From: a virus
DNA: 64,000 nucleotides
Direction: 5' to 3' (one strand)
IMG/VR virus record: IMGVR_UViG_3300010398_000002
Coordinates: 1-64,000 of that record
Shown here: positions 17,197-26,505 of the stretch, in pieces
Position numbering within the stretch: position 1 is the first letter of the stretch
Layout: each line of letters opens with the position of its first letter
Made by a program: the position numbers and the translations under genes
Notes under the pieces: generated by a model
Databases searched by the model: none
Told to the model about the DNA's origin: nothing
The model's input: only the letters and a program-made list of their open reading frames with translations

Positions 17197-18633
17197 CTAC
17201 ACCAGCGCGCCGAGGTCCTCCACTGTCGTGATGATCGTTCCGCTTGTCACCACGCCAGTGACGCTCGCACCGCACCAAACGCGCCAGGAGAAGTTGTAGG
17301 TGCCTGCTGTATAGGAACCGGTCCATTCAGCTATGACGGGTGACTGAGCGAAGCCACTGACCCCACTTCGGCCACCGAACGTATCACCGTGCTGGGAGCC
17401 ACTTCTGCTGATGGCTGCCTGCACCGCGCCGTTACCTGCTGAGAACGTCGCAGAGATGCCCGGCCAGACAACCCGAATCCGGTACCGACGACCAGCCACG
17501 ATCGTGATGCCGGAGATGGTTCCCTGATCCGTCGCGGTAGCGAACCCTGTCGCCGTTCGGTTAGCGCCGTCGGTCACCGCGCTGAACCCGATCAGTCCGA
17601 GCGGGGCAGCACCGCCCCACACCATGTCGTAGTCGGAGCCGCTGTTCTTGACCAGCGCCTGGCCGAGGCTGCCACCCGCCGGGATCGCTGCGCTCGGAGC
17701 AGCACTCCCACCGAGCAGACCCAGGTCCTCGACAGTCATGAAGACGGGGTTGCCTGTCTCAGCAGCTACTGCGCCTGACGATGCCTGACTGCTCCATCCA
17801 CGTATGCCGATGGTGGTCGCTGTTCCCGGATTCGAGAGCGTGCCGATGTACTCGACCGATGGACCAAAGGTGCGCAATACACCGGTCAAGTACGCCTGGA
17901 GGCCAAAGATTGTTCCCAGCGCAGTACCGGCATCACGAGTCAGCTGCATGTAAATCCCGTTGCCGGTGGCGCCACCAAAGACTTGCACGACCGAGACTCT
18001 GATGCGGTAAACATGGTTGGCGAGCGGCGTGAAAGTCTGCTGCAGACCACCGGCTGTGCCCCATGTCGTAGCGGACCCGAATGTTGTGGCACCAATAGCA
18101 AATGGTCCGGTGTCTGATCCATAGGCAACGAGGATCGGAAAGGCCCCAGCGCCGACGTTGATCCACGGTGACCAGGCACCAGAGCCAGCGCTGCTCGTCC
18201 GTTGGAATATCTGTCCGTACGTCGCAGCCGTAGCTCCGTGCATGCGCTGCAGGCGCCACTGCTGCGGGCTGTCCTGCCCGGCGAGCACCTCGACTATCAC
18301 GCTGTTGCTAGTGGCGATCGGGTCACCAGCCACCGAGGTACGCACATAGATACCCGGCGTGAGCTGGGTGTCCAGCGAGCCGTTGTACGTGCTCATCAGC
18401 TGACCGCTGTAGGTCAGCCAGCCAACGTCGAAGTCAGCCGTGGTGAACTTGCCGAGTGCCTGGCCTGCAGCACCACCGGCAGGCAGTGCTCCTGGAGTAG
18501 CGACACGCCAGACCGTCCCGTCGGACACGTAGAGCGTCTTTGAGGTGTTGTTCCAGTAGGTATCCCCAGCCGCTCCGACAGCCGGAGCGGTTGTGTACGG
18601 CCCTGCGTTGGTGGTGCCGTAGCTGCGTGGCAT
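17197..18633 (-). CDS. tail fibre protein (478 aa) with internal duplication
   Basis: Two copies of GQALGK/VKxxxxD(F/Y)DxxW. TGATG junction with upstream gene. Confidence 0.7.
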   Translation of the reverse strand: MPRSYGTTNAGPYTTAPAVGAAGDTYWNNTSKTLYVSDGTVWRVATPGALPAGGAAGQALGKFTTADFDVGWLTYSGQLMSTYNGSLDTQLTPGIYVRTSVAGDPIATSNSVIVEVLAGQDSPQQWRLQRMHGATAATYGQIFQRTSSAGSGAWSPWINVGAGAFPILVAYGSDTGPFAIGATTFGSATTWGTAGGLQQTFTPLANHVYRIRVSVVQVFGGATGNGIYMQLTRDAGTALGTIFGLQAYLTGVLRTFGPSVEYIGTLSNPGTATTIGIRGWSSQASSGAVAAETGNPVFMTVEDLGLLGGSAAPSAAIPAGGSLGQALVKNSGSDYDMVWGGAAPLGLIGFSAVTDGANRTATGFATATDQGTISGITIVAGRRYRIRVVWPGISATFSAGNGAVQAAISRSGSQHGDTFGGRSGVSGFAQSPVIAEWTGSYTAGTYNFSWRVWCGASVTGVVTSGTIITTVEDLGALV

Positions 18634-19856
18634 CAGCCCACCACCACGATCCGATACCCGGAACCAAGGTTCGGGTTGTACCGGATGGTCACGCTGTTGA
18701 CGGTAGTGGCGTCCCAGTCCACCTCGACAGCTGTGTAAGGGCTCGCGCCGTTGAGCACCGTGACCTGCACGTCACGGGTGTTCAGGTTGTGCGTGATCGT
18801 CTCCGGACTAGCGGTCCCGGTCAGCCCCGCCGCGTACTTCTTGGTGTAGCTCGCAAGCGATGCGACGGTAGCGATGACGGTGGTGTTGACGACGACCGAG
18901 TCGGCGGCCACGGTCAGCGTGGAGTCACCCGCGACGACGTCAACGGTGTTGCCGGTCTTCGTCAGGCCAGCCCCGGCGTTGATCGCACCGGCACCGGAGA
19001 ACTGTGTCCAGGTGATGTTGGTCGTGCCCAGCGTGCCGCCCTGGTCGGCGGTACACACCCAGCCGGTGTCGGCATTGACGGTGCCGGTCTCCACCCAGGT
19101 GTAGGCCGAGGGCACCTCAGTCCAGGCGTCCATGTCGGTGGCCCTGGTCCAGGCACCAGCCGAGACCACCCAGATGCCATTGGTAGCAGCGGTCGTCTGG
19201 TCCTTACACAACACCCGATCCCCGGCGACACAGCTGATGCCGTCGATGGTCTGGGTGCCCGACTGGGTGATGTTGGCGGTCGTGGCGGCCTTCACCGACT
19301 GCTTGGCGTCCAGACCCTGCGCCGTGGTATCGACGTAGTTCTTGGTGGCCGCGTCGAAGGTGGCGGTTGGGTCAGCCAAGTTGTAGATCTTGAAACTACT
19401 GCCCATGTTGACGTTGGCGGTCGCCGCCGCGAACGTAGAGATGGGGATCGACGAGTGGTCGGCGGCAAGGTGCGTCGGGTTGCCGTGCAGGTGGTCCGAA
19501 CGAGAGATGGTCAGCGCCGAGCCGTCGTTCTTGGCCGTGCCGAACGTGGTCTCTGCGGTGGACCCACCGAACAGCGGCTCGCCGTGCTTGTGGTCGCCGC
19601 GCGAGTACAGCGTGGACGAACCGGCAGCGGCGACGTCACCGATCGCTTGGGTCGTGACCGTGTCGGACGGGACAGCTCCGGCGCCTCCCTGGGCGGCAAC
19701 CCATTGGGTGCCCGAGTACCAGTACAGAACTTTGGCGGTGGAGTCGAAGTAAATCTGTCCCTTGACCGGCGAGGCCGGGGCGCTGCCTAGATTCTGGACG
19801 ACGGCGTTGCGGAGTTCGTTCTTGACCAGGTCAACCGCACCGTAGATGACAGGCAT
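18633..19856 (-). CDS. tail fibre protein (407 aa)
   Basis: N-terminus MPVIYGAVDLVKNELRNAVVQNLGSAPASPVKGQIYFDS... is typical of actinophage/prophage fibre proteins. Confidence 0.7.
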   Translation of the reverse strand: MPVIYGAVDLVKNELRNAVVQNLGSAPASPVKGQIYFDSTAKVLYWYSGTQWVAAQGGAGAVPSDTVTTQAIGDVAAAGSSTLYSRGDHKHGEPLFGGSTAETTFGTAKNDGSALTISRSDHLHGNPTHLAADHSSIPISTFAAATANVNMGSSFKIYNLADPTATFDAATKNYVDTTAQGLDAKQSVKAATTANITQSGTQTIDGISCVAGDRVLCKDQTTAATNGIWVVSAGAWTRATDMDAWTEVPSAYTWVETGTVNADTGWVCTADQGGTLGTTNITWTQFSGAGAINAGAGLTKTGNTVDVVAGDSTLTVAADSVVVNTTVIATVASLASYTKKYAAGLTGTASPETITHNLNTRDVQVTVLNGASPYTAVEVDWDATTVNSVTIRYNPNLGSGYRIVVVG

Positions 19857-19865
19857 GCTCTCCCC

Positions 19866-20510
19866 CTAACTCAGATACGCCTCGCCGCCGACAGCAGCCG
19901 AGAAGGTGAGAACCACCTGGGTGTCGCTCATGTGCTTCACCGAGCCCGGGAACATCTCGGTGCCGGTCGAGTCCACAGCTGAGACATTGGGCCGGAACGA
20001 CAACCCATGATCAATAGTCCAGGTCGTGGCCGCCGACGCCTGCACGTAGCGGAACGCCTGCGCTCCTCCCCCTCCCCCGCCGCTTACTGGAATCCCTGCC
20101 GCCACCACCACATTCACATCGCCCGGTGGTGCGACCTTGAACGTGACCTGCACCCTGCTGGCGTCAACGACACTGACCTCGGCCAGCATGAACGGCCCGC
20201 TCGCAAGCCACAGCTGCACCAGCGGATGCAGTGAGTTGAGGCCGTGAGTGATCGTGTAGGGAGTGTTGACAGCAGGCGCGATCAATGTCTGCACGAACGA
20301 GGTGCCAGAACCAGGCGGTCCTTGTGGCCCGGCAGGACCAGTGTCACCAGGCGGCCCCTGGTCTCCTGGAGGACCGGCCGGACCTGGCTCTCCAGTCCCG
20401 CTCCCGCCACCACCATCGCCACCACCAGCGGTCGGGAACCGCTGCCCCAGCCGAGGATGTATCTCGCTGGCAGTGGGGGCAGGAGCGTCCGGGTCAGCGA
20501 ATGCGGTCAC
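19866..20510 (-). CDS. collagen-like minor tail protein (214 aa)
   Basis: GXY run GEPGPAGPPGDQGPPGDTGPAGPQGPPG followed by a globular domain. Confidence 0.7.
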   Translation of the reverse strand: MTAFADPDAPAPTASEIHPRLGQRFPTAGGGDGGGGSGTGEPGPAGPPGDQGPPGDTGPAGPQGPPGSGTSFVQTLIAPAVNTPYTITHGLNSLHPLVQLWLASGPFMLAEVSVVDASRVQVTFKVAPPGDVNVVVAAGIPVSGGGGGGAQAFRYVQASAATTWTIDHGLSFRPNVSAVDSTGTEMFPGSVKHMSDTQVVLTFSAAVGGEAYLS

Positions 20511-20908
20511 GGTATGGCAGGCCGGTTGGCTGATGGCAACAGAAGATCGTAGGTGGCGAACCCGGCAGCGGCAGCACCGCTAGGACCGGTCGGTCCGACC
20601 GGACCCTGGATGCCCTGGATGCCTTGGATGCCCTGCGGTCCCTTGATCGAGGTGCTGCCCGCCACCCAGTTGCCGCTGGTCGCGTTGTAGACGGACAGGA
20701 TGCCGGTGGACGGATTCACCCAGAGGTCACCGTCACGCATCCCGCTGGTCGGTGCCGTCGGCGTGGTGAACATGATCGTGCCCTGGATGCCCTGCGCGCC
20801 GACCGGTCCCTGCGGTCCGATGGGCCCCTGCGGGCCGACTCCGAGGATCGCTCCGGTACGCACCACCAGCGAGGCGCCGTTGGTAATCCTGATCACCTGG
20901 TCGGCCAT
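20507..20908 (-). CDS. collagen-like minor tail protein (133 aa)
   Basis: Two GXY runs (GPQGPIGPQGPVGAQGIQG; GPQGIQGIQGIQGPVGPTGPSG). 4-nt overlap with the next gene. Confidence 0.7.
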   Translation of the reverse strand: MADQVIRITNGASLVVRTGAILGVGPQGPIGPQGPVGAQGIQGTIMFTTPTAPTSGMRDGDLWVNPSTGILSVYNATSGNWVAGSTSIKGPQGIQGIQGIQGPVGPTGPSGAAAAGFATYDLLLPSANRPAIP

Positions 20909-20918
20909 GCCAGCCTCC

Positions 20919-21650
20919 TCACACCGTGGTCTCGACCTTGGTGATCGTCAGACCACCCGTCTGCGCGTTGTAGGTCACCGTCACCACGGACTGATTATTG
21001 ATCCAGCTCGTGATGGACGACCCCAAGATTGCCTGGGCAGTACTACCCACCACCGGCTTGTTCTGCCCGGCGCTGTTGTGATAGTTGACCGCTGCCGTGG
21101 GACTGATCGAGCTGGCGTTGCCCGTCGTGGTGATCCTCGCACGCATCGGCACACCGACCTCGACGTTCTTGTTGAGGTTGGCCGACTGGGTGTTGTCGAA
21201 GGTCAACACCACCGGGTTGGCCACGGTGGCGGACAGCCAGATGTCCGGCGGTAAGACACTGGAACCGACCTGCTGTGTGAGCTGGGTACCGAGGTTGGTG
21301 ATCTTGGCTGGGACCATGAAGTTCCCCGTCAGCAGCTTCACTCGTTGCAATGGCGGCCCGACCGAATAGACGAACAAGTCGTAGTTGTAGGTACCCGGCG
21401 CGAACTGATTGGTGATGCTGTTGGCGATGACCAGCTCGATGATTCCGTAGGGCGCACCGCCGGTCTGGATTCCTCCGTTGGCACCGTCGTCCAGCCGGAT
21501 CAGACGCTGCCCGGTGATCGGGTTGACCACGTCCATGTCCATCGGGCCCTGGGCCTGGATCGCCTCGTTGGTCTGGTCGATCTGCCAGAACAGTTGAACC
21601 GCCCAGTCCGCGCCCTGCTCACATACCAGGTCAGCTACGCCCGCGCTCAC
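20919..21650 (-). CDS. minor tail protein (243 aa)
   Basis: Same family pattern as 14594..15067 (...YDLFV....L..G.F.V). Operon context. Confidence 0.6.
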   Translation of the reverse strand: MSAGVADLVCEQGADWAVQLFWQIDQTNEAIQAQGPMDMDVVNPITGQRLIRLDDGANGGIQTGGAPYGIIELVIANSITNQFAPGTYNYDLFVYSVGPPLQRVKLLTGNFMVPAKITNLGTQLTQQVGSSVLPPDIWLSATVANPVVLTFDNTQSANLNKNVEVGVPMRARITTTGNASSISPTAAVNYHNSAGQNKPVVGSTAQAILGSSITSWINNQSVVTVTYNAQTGGLTITKVETTV

Positions 21651-22504
21651 GTTGGTATCTCCCCACCGACAAATTGCTCGCTCTCAGGAGCCATCTGCGC
21701 CAACTCCGCAGAGCTGAGAGTGCCGACTTCAGTCTCCTTCGCCAGGAAGTCGAGGCCACCACCACTCACGCCGCGAGTCAACACATCACTGGCCGGTTCC
21801 CCGGTCGGGGCACCGAAGATTCCTGGCACCCAGCTGGCACCGCCCAACACCATTGCCTCTCCCAGCAGACCGACAGAAGGAGACGATGCGCTCGAACCAG
21901 AAGGCGACGCGACGGTGGTATCAATCTGACTGTCGGTCTCAGCGAATGCGGTGATGTCTTGCTGAGCCAGGAACTGAACCGTCTGGGTAGCCAGTGCAGT
22001 GCCCACTGTGGCACTCCACAGTTTCACAGTTATCGTAAAGTTGCCTGGGTTGGCATAGGTATGCGTGGTCTTGTTGGGCTTATTGGTAAACAATCCTGTC
22101 ATGTCGGTAGTGGTGGCATCGCCCCACGCCACCTGCATCCCGTGGCTGACATCTCCGGCACAGCAGATCGAGAGATCGGCCGTCATGGGATCACCAGGAT
22201 CGGGTCGCTGCATGACCACCAGACCAGCCGTGCCACCGCTCAAGATCGTGAACAGCTGGGTGAACTGAGCATTGGTGTAGGTCGCCTCAGAGGTCTGGTA
22301 CTGCACCAACCAGTCCGTGTTGTTCATGGCGAAAGACGTACCCGGATAGGCATAGGACTGCACGGTGCCGGTGGTGCCTGACGGATTCCCGGCAGCGTCG
22401 TAGTTCGTGGTCACCGACGTCACCGCGACCAGTGCCATCGGGCCGCCAGTGAACTGCTCGGCCACCACCTGCAGTGGCGTGGTCACATAGACGGCGGAGG
22501 CCAT
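21647..22504 (-). CDS. minor tail protein (285 aa)
   Basis: ATG 22504 in a TGATG junction. Track start 22555 rejected. Confidence 0.6.
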   Translation of the reverse strand: MASAVYVTTPLQVVAEQFTGGPMALVAVTSVTTNYDAAGNPSGTTGTVQSYAYPGTSFAMNNTDWLVQYQTSEATYTNAQFTQLFTILSGGTAGLVVMQRPDPGDPMTADLSICCAGDVSHGMQVAWGDATTTDMTGLFTNKPNKTTHTYANPGNFTITVKLWSATVGTALATQTVQFLAQQDITAFAETDSQIDTTVASPSGSSASSPSVGLLGEAMVLGGASWVPGIFGAPTGEPASDVLTRGVSGGGLDFLAKETEVGTLSSAELAQMAPESEQFVGGEIPT

Positions 22505-23172
22505 CAGAACCCGCCGGACGACAGCGCCAGACCGATCACCAGAATCTGCTGCCACTGGATGCTGAGCGACGAGGTGTTGTTGCTCGTCGTCGGGTTGCTC
22601 GCCCGCGCGGTGACCTTGCGCGTGCCGGGCTGCAGCGTCGTCATTCCTATGTGATAGAGCGGGTGGGTCTCAGCGCCGTTAACGGACTGGTACGTATAGG
22701 TCTCCAGCACGCCACGTGACCACGTAACGCCACCGTCCCAGGTGAAGTTGAGGTTGTAGTTGTTGAACATGTTCGTGTAGACGCTGACCACCGCGTGCGA
22801 CTCGACGATCGTCAGCACCGTCATGGCGTAGCGAACCGTGAGCGTCATCGACAGGTCGTAGTACTTGCCGGGCGTCAGGTTCACCGCTGGCGTGGCAGAT
22901 ACAGAGGCCCAGGTCGGCGCTCCGGCCACCTGGTTGACGATCTTCCAGCGAGTGCCGTCCCAGTACTCGAACGCATCGGTGGCGGTGTTGTAGGTCACCA
23001 TGCCCACGAACGGCGAGGGAATCTTGGTGGCTCGATCGTTGAGATCGACGACCGGGATGACGGTGTGCCGCTCGGTCTCGTTCAGTGCCTGCTGGAAGCT
23101 CAGCGGAACGTTGGGCAGCACGCTCCCGTCCGGGTACGGGATGTTGTCCAGCGGCGTGTAACGGGTGGCCAT
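22504..23172 (-). CDS. minor tail / fibre protein (222 aa)
   Basis: N-terminus MATRYTPLDNIPYPDGS... resembles fibre N-termini. First gene of the fibre operon. Confidence 0.6.
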   Translation of the reverse strand: MATRYTPLDNIPYPDGSVLPNVPLSFQQALNETERHTVIPVVDLNDRATKIPSPFVGMVTYNTATDAFEYWDGTRWKIVNQVAGAPTWASVSATPAVNLTPGKYYDLSMTLTVRYAMTVLTIVESHAVVSVYTNMFNNYNLNFTWDGGVTWSRGVLETYTYQSVNGAETHPLYHIGMTTLQPGTRKVTARASNPTTSNNTSSLSIQWQQILVIGLALSSGGF

Positions 23173-23202
23173 CGGCTGCCCTCCTCGCGGCGGCGTCTGG
23201 GT

Positions 23203-23769
23203 TTAGTCCACCACGTCAGGCTGGTCACCAGCCTCGATCACCCGGCTCGCAGCGGCTGGTCCGAGCGTCTCCCGAGCACGCCGCAATGCAGCGATGTACT
23301 CCTCCTGCGTACCGCCGATGACCAGCGTGTTCATCTGGGTCTGAATGTTGGCTTGAGGGTTCTCCAGGCCCTGCAACTTGGAGCGCTCCTGGATCACTCG
23401 CAGACAGAACTGCGCCGAGGGCAGGTCACCACCGATCGCGTCCTCCCAGTACGCGGCCTGCAACCTGTCCAAACGGGAGACCTCGGCGTTGACAGCGTCG
23501 TTGTGCATGGCCTCGCGGGTGCGGATGAACCCCTCGCGGGTGCGCTTCTCGTTAGCCCGGTAGAGCCAGTTGTGCACGTCCTTCTCGGCAGCATGGCCAC
23601 TCTTGTAGCGCAGCTTCTGCGCGACCTGCGGCCAGTCGTGCCCGGCCAGGCGCAGCTGGTAGGCGTAGTACGGGCGAGGGAAGAGCGAGTCGAAGCGCTT
23701 GGGTATGGCCTCCAGGTCCACCGGCCGACGCAGTGGCAGCCGGATGATGCGTGGCCCCTCATCGCTCAT
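23203..23769 (-). CDS. terS: terminase small subunit-like HTH protein (188 aa)
   Basis: ATG 23769 (track ORF N-terminal 75 aa look non-coding). HTH YQLRLAGHDWPQVAQKL, then ...RLDRLQAAYWEDAIGGDLPSAQFCLRVIQERSKLQGL, a pattern I associate with actinophage TerS. Could instead be a regulator. Confidence 0.5.
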   Translation of the reverse strand: MSDEGPRIIRLPLRRPVDLEAIPKRFDSLFPRPYYAYQLRLAGHDWPQVAQKLRYKSGHAAEKDVHNWLYRANEKRTREGFIRTREAMHNDAVNAEVSRLDRLQAAYWEDAIGGDLPSAQFCLRVIQERSKLQGLENPQANIQTQMNTLVIGGTQEEYIAALRRARETLGPAAASRVIEAGDQPDVVD

Positions 23770-23827
23770 GGCACGATGATGCACTCTCCCGCTCTTCCCA
23801 GGAACTAGCGGCATTATCCGTTTATGT

Positions 23828-24112
23828 GTGATGATGAAACTCGTGGCAGTGATCACCGAGGCGACCGATCCAGGACTAGAACTGGAGGCGGCGCGCAGTC
23901 GTACCCGTCGGCTGGCGTTTGGTGAGATCGTCGGTGCCGTGTTTCCCATCCGGGTGGGGCCGGGCGAAGACGAGCTGGCTTGGTACCGGGTCAACTCACT
24001 TCGCCCGCTGACCGTGGAGTGGCTGCCCTACACGCCCTACCGGGTCAGCCCCGAGGCACTGGCAGACCTGTCCAAGACCAGCATCTACCGGCTGATCGAA
24101 GCAGACATCTGA
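23828..24112 (+). CDS. HTH DNA-binding protein, excisionase/MerR-like C-terminus (94 aa)
   Basis: Lone plus-strand ORF in a minus operon. C-terminal VSPEALADLSKTSIYRLIEADI is Xis-type HTH. AT-richer upstream with CATTAT -10. Confidence 0.55.
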   Translation: MMMKLVAVITEATDPGLELEAARSRTRRLAFGEIVGAVFPIRVGPGEDELAWYRVNSLRPLTVEWLPYTPYRVSPEALADLSKTSIYRLIEADI

Positions 24113-24528
24113 GGGCGCCGCAGCCGCTCATACCGGCCGCTGCGCCCCGCTGCGTAGTCGGTGAGCACCTGCTCCCGGCTTACTTCTCCCCTGCGCTCCA
24201 TCGCCCATATACGCGCGCGTGTGCGCCCTGAGGTACCAGCCCAGACACCATGCAGAATCTTGCGCTCCAGCGCATAGGACAGGCACTTGGCCCGCACTGG
24301 GCACGAGCCGCATATTTCCTGGGCCCGGCGTAACTCACCGGGACTGATCAACTGAGTGTCGGTCGCGTTCTCAGCACCGAAGAAGATCGACAACGGCAGG
24401 TCACGACACGCCCCGTCGTCGTACCACTCCGGATACTTCCACCCGAACAGCTCAGTAATCAGCCTCGGCGATGACGAGGCTGGAATCGTCTGCAACGCGG
24501 CGCCCGTAGCAGGCGATACAACAGGCAT
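24085..24528 (-). CDS. whiB: WhiB-family transcription factor with C-terminal extension
   Basis: C...FF...C..CPV...CL..AL....GVWAGTS: four Cys plus the GVWGG-like turn. Start uncertain (overlaps RuvC-like gene). Confidence 0.8.
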   Translation of the reverse strand: MPVVSPATGAALQTIPASSSPRLITELFGWKYPEWYDDGACRDLPLSIFFGAENATDTQLISPGELRRAQEICGSCPVRAKCLSYALERKILHGVWAGTSGRTRARIWAMERRGEVSREQVLTDYAAGRSGRYERLRRPQMSASISR

Positions 24529-24979
24529 CTATCAAGTCCTGGCGCCCATCACATGCGGCAGCGTAGACCGAGTGGTACCTAGTGAGCCAGCCTGCCACGT
24601 CTTCTTTGCTGGCGTTGCCCTTGCCGACGGTGTTGACCTTCCAGGTGGAGACCGGCACCAGGTATACCCGGTTGGTCCACTCCACAACCATGCCCACTAT
24701 GGCGCCGACGACCTGAGCCATCTGCAGCGCGGTGCGCAGGTTGCGCCGCCCGGCGACCAGCGGTTCCTCGATGAAGACCATGACCGGCTCGTCGGGACCG
24801 CGATCTTCCTCGATGCTGGCCATCATGTCCGAGGCCATGCGCGACACCTGCTGCAGCGCCAGCGCCCAGAGCCCCAGCTTCTGCCACTCCACAGCCACGG
24901 TGTAGGTGCGTGCCTGGATACCGATCAGTGCCACCGCGTGGAAGCCGCGCGTGGACGGGTCGATGCCGACGACGATCAC
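24452..24979 (-). CDS. ruvC: RuvC-like Holliday junction resolvase
   Basis: MIVVGIDPS..., ...FIEEP..., ...DLIDACCIA: acidic catalytic residues in RuvC order. 175 aa. Confidence 0.75.
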   Translation of the reverse strand: MIVVGIDPSTRGFHAVALIGIQARTYTVAVEWQKLGLWALALQQVSRMASDMMASIEEDRGPDEPVMVFIEEPLVAGRRNLRTALQMAQVVGAIVGMVVEWTNRVYLVPVSTWKVNTVGKGNASKEDVAGWLTRYHSVYAAACDGRQDLIDACCIACYGRRVADDSSLVIAEADY

Positions 24980-25314
24980 ATCATCCCTCCGGGCTCGTTG
25001 CCGGTCTTCTCGGCCTCGGCGAGCAACTGGGCCTGGGTGAGCCTACGGCTGCCCAGCTCCTGGGCTTTCTTGGCCAGCTCGATGAAGCTGCGCAGCTCGC
25101 CGGTCCGGAACTTGCTGTACGGGTTGGACCGCAGGATGTCCCGGTTGCGCTCGGCAGCCAGGATCATCATCTCCACCTCGATGCCGCGCGAAAGGTAGGC
25201 GTTGGACACTTCCATCAACGTCAGCACCCCGGTGTCGATCGGCGGCTCCTGCCGTCCCAGCAAGACATCCACGTAGCCGAAGAACTCCTCCTCAAGCTCT
25301 TCGAGCGTCGGCAT
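24976..25314 (-). CDS. hypothetical protein (~112 aa)
   Basis: ATG 25314 (GTG 25332 also possible). The track ORF's N-terminal 118 aa overlap the Cas4-like gene and look non-coding. Confidence 0.55.
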   Translation of the reverse strand: MPTLEELEEEFFGYVDVLLGRQEPPIDTGVLTLMEVSNAYLSRGIEVEMMILAAERNRDILRSNPYSKFRTGELRSFIELAKKAQELGSRRLTQAQLLAEAEKTGNEPGGMM

Positions 25315-25379
25315 GCCCAGTGCCAGCGGCACGTCGCGCACCCTCCGGGCACTAGGCAATGCCCGGCGGTGCGAGATGA

Positions 25380-26162
25380 TCAGCTTTGGATGAGTCTGAT
25401 CTTCATTCTGTTCGGCCACTGTTGGTTCACCCCCGCCCAGGTCAGGCAGTCCTTGCGGTACGGACAGTCGCGGTACTGGCCGGTGTGCTCGAAGCACTCC
25501 TCCAGGACGGGTGGCAGCTCGCGTATCTTGATACGCCTTGCCATGCGCTCCAGCGTCTCGCACACCAGGTCGGTCAGGCTCGGGTCGAACTTGACCACGA
25601 ACTCCTTCCAGTCCCCGGAGTAGGTGGACTCGTAGATGATGCTGGTGCGCTCGATGCCGGTGGCCCACATGTAGGCGGTCACCTGCAGGATGTGCTCGAA
25701 CTTGGGCTCGCCCTCCTTGAGCACCGTGTTGAAACCCGGGTGCCTGATGGTCTTGAACTCAAAGATTTCCCCGGTGTCCACCAGGCCGTCCATCGTGCCG
25801 GTGAGCCCGAAGCGCTTTAGCTCGACCGGTACCTCGGCCTCCTTGAGCCAGCCTGCGGACAGGCCCTGAGCCTGCCAGCGCAGGTGACCCCAACGGCCCA
25901 CCTCGAAACGGTGCGCCAGGATCGGGTCGTAGGACAGCTGCTCCGGGTGGTTGAGATAGCGCAGAATCTGCTGCCGCTCGCAGCGCCCGGTCGCCGAGGC
26001 AGAGAAAGTGTTGCTGCGGTCCCGCTGCGGGGTGATGAGCTGGTCGGCCACCCACATCGCCACGTCAGGAGGCAGCGGGTCGTCGGCGTGCAGGCCCAGC
26101 CAACGGTCGTGGCGTGGCGTGATCGGGAGGTCCGTCGAGATCAGCTTGCTGAGCGAACTCAC
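25380..26162 (-). CDS. Cas4/RecB-family PD-(D/E)XK exonuclease with Fe-S Cys cluster
   Basis: N-terminal Cys (RCERQQ), D...EFK motif, C-terminal C-x..-C-x5-C (CFEHTGQYRDCPYRKDC). Confidence 0.75.
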   Translation of the reverse strand: MSSLSKLISTDLPITPRHDRWLGLHADDPLPPDVAMWVADQLITPQRDRSNTFSASATGRCERQQILRYLNHPEQLSYDPILAHRFEVGRWGHLRWQAQGLSAGWLKEAEVPVELKRFGLTGTMDGLVDTGEIFEFKTIRHPGFNTVLKEGEPKFEHILQVTAYMWATGIERTSIIYESTYSGDWKEFVVKFDPSLTDLVCETLERMARRIKIRELPPVLEECFEHTGQYRDCPYRKDCLTWAGVNQQWPNRMKIRLIQS

Positions 26163-26505
26163 CGTACTTCTCCAGAAGGTAGGGATCGGTGCCGGTGTAG
26201 ACCGGATGTCCGGTCAGCTTGTCGGTGACCACGTAGCCGTCGATGGTGAGTCCAGCCACGTAGGACCGTTCGGGATGCGCGTGCACCTGCCGATGATGAT
26301 CGCGGCACAGCACGATCAGGTGATAATCCTCGCGCGCTTCGTCCAGGATCACGCCGCCGCGTGCACGCGGCAATAGGTGATGCACCTCGTCGCCCCAGCC
26401 AGGACAGCGATGCCATGCCCCGACAGTCAACGTGCGCACCATGACCTCGCACTGACCCTGGGCACGTTCCTTGGCTGCCCTGCGGGCGTAGTCCAACGGG
26501 AACAT
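26065..26505 (-). CDS. HNH endonuclease
   Basis: C..C...HHLLPRARGG....LCRDHHRQVH. Last ~33 aa overlap the Cas4-like gene. Confidence 0.75.
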   Translation of the reverse strand: MFPLDYARRAAKERAQGQCEVMVRTLTVGAWHRCPGWGDEVHHLLPRARGGVILDEAREDYHLIVLCRDHHRQVHAHPERSYVAGLTIDGYVVTDKLTGHPVYTGTDPYLLEKYGEFAQQADLDGPPDHATPRPLAGPARRRPAAS

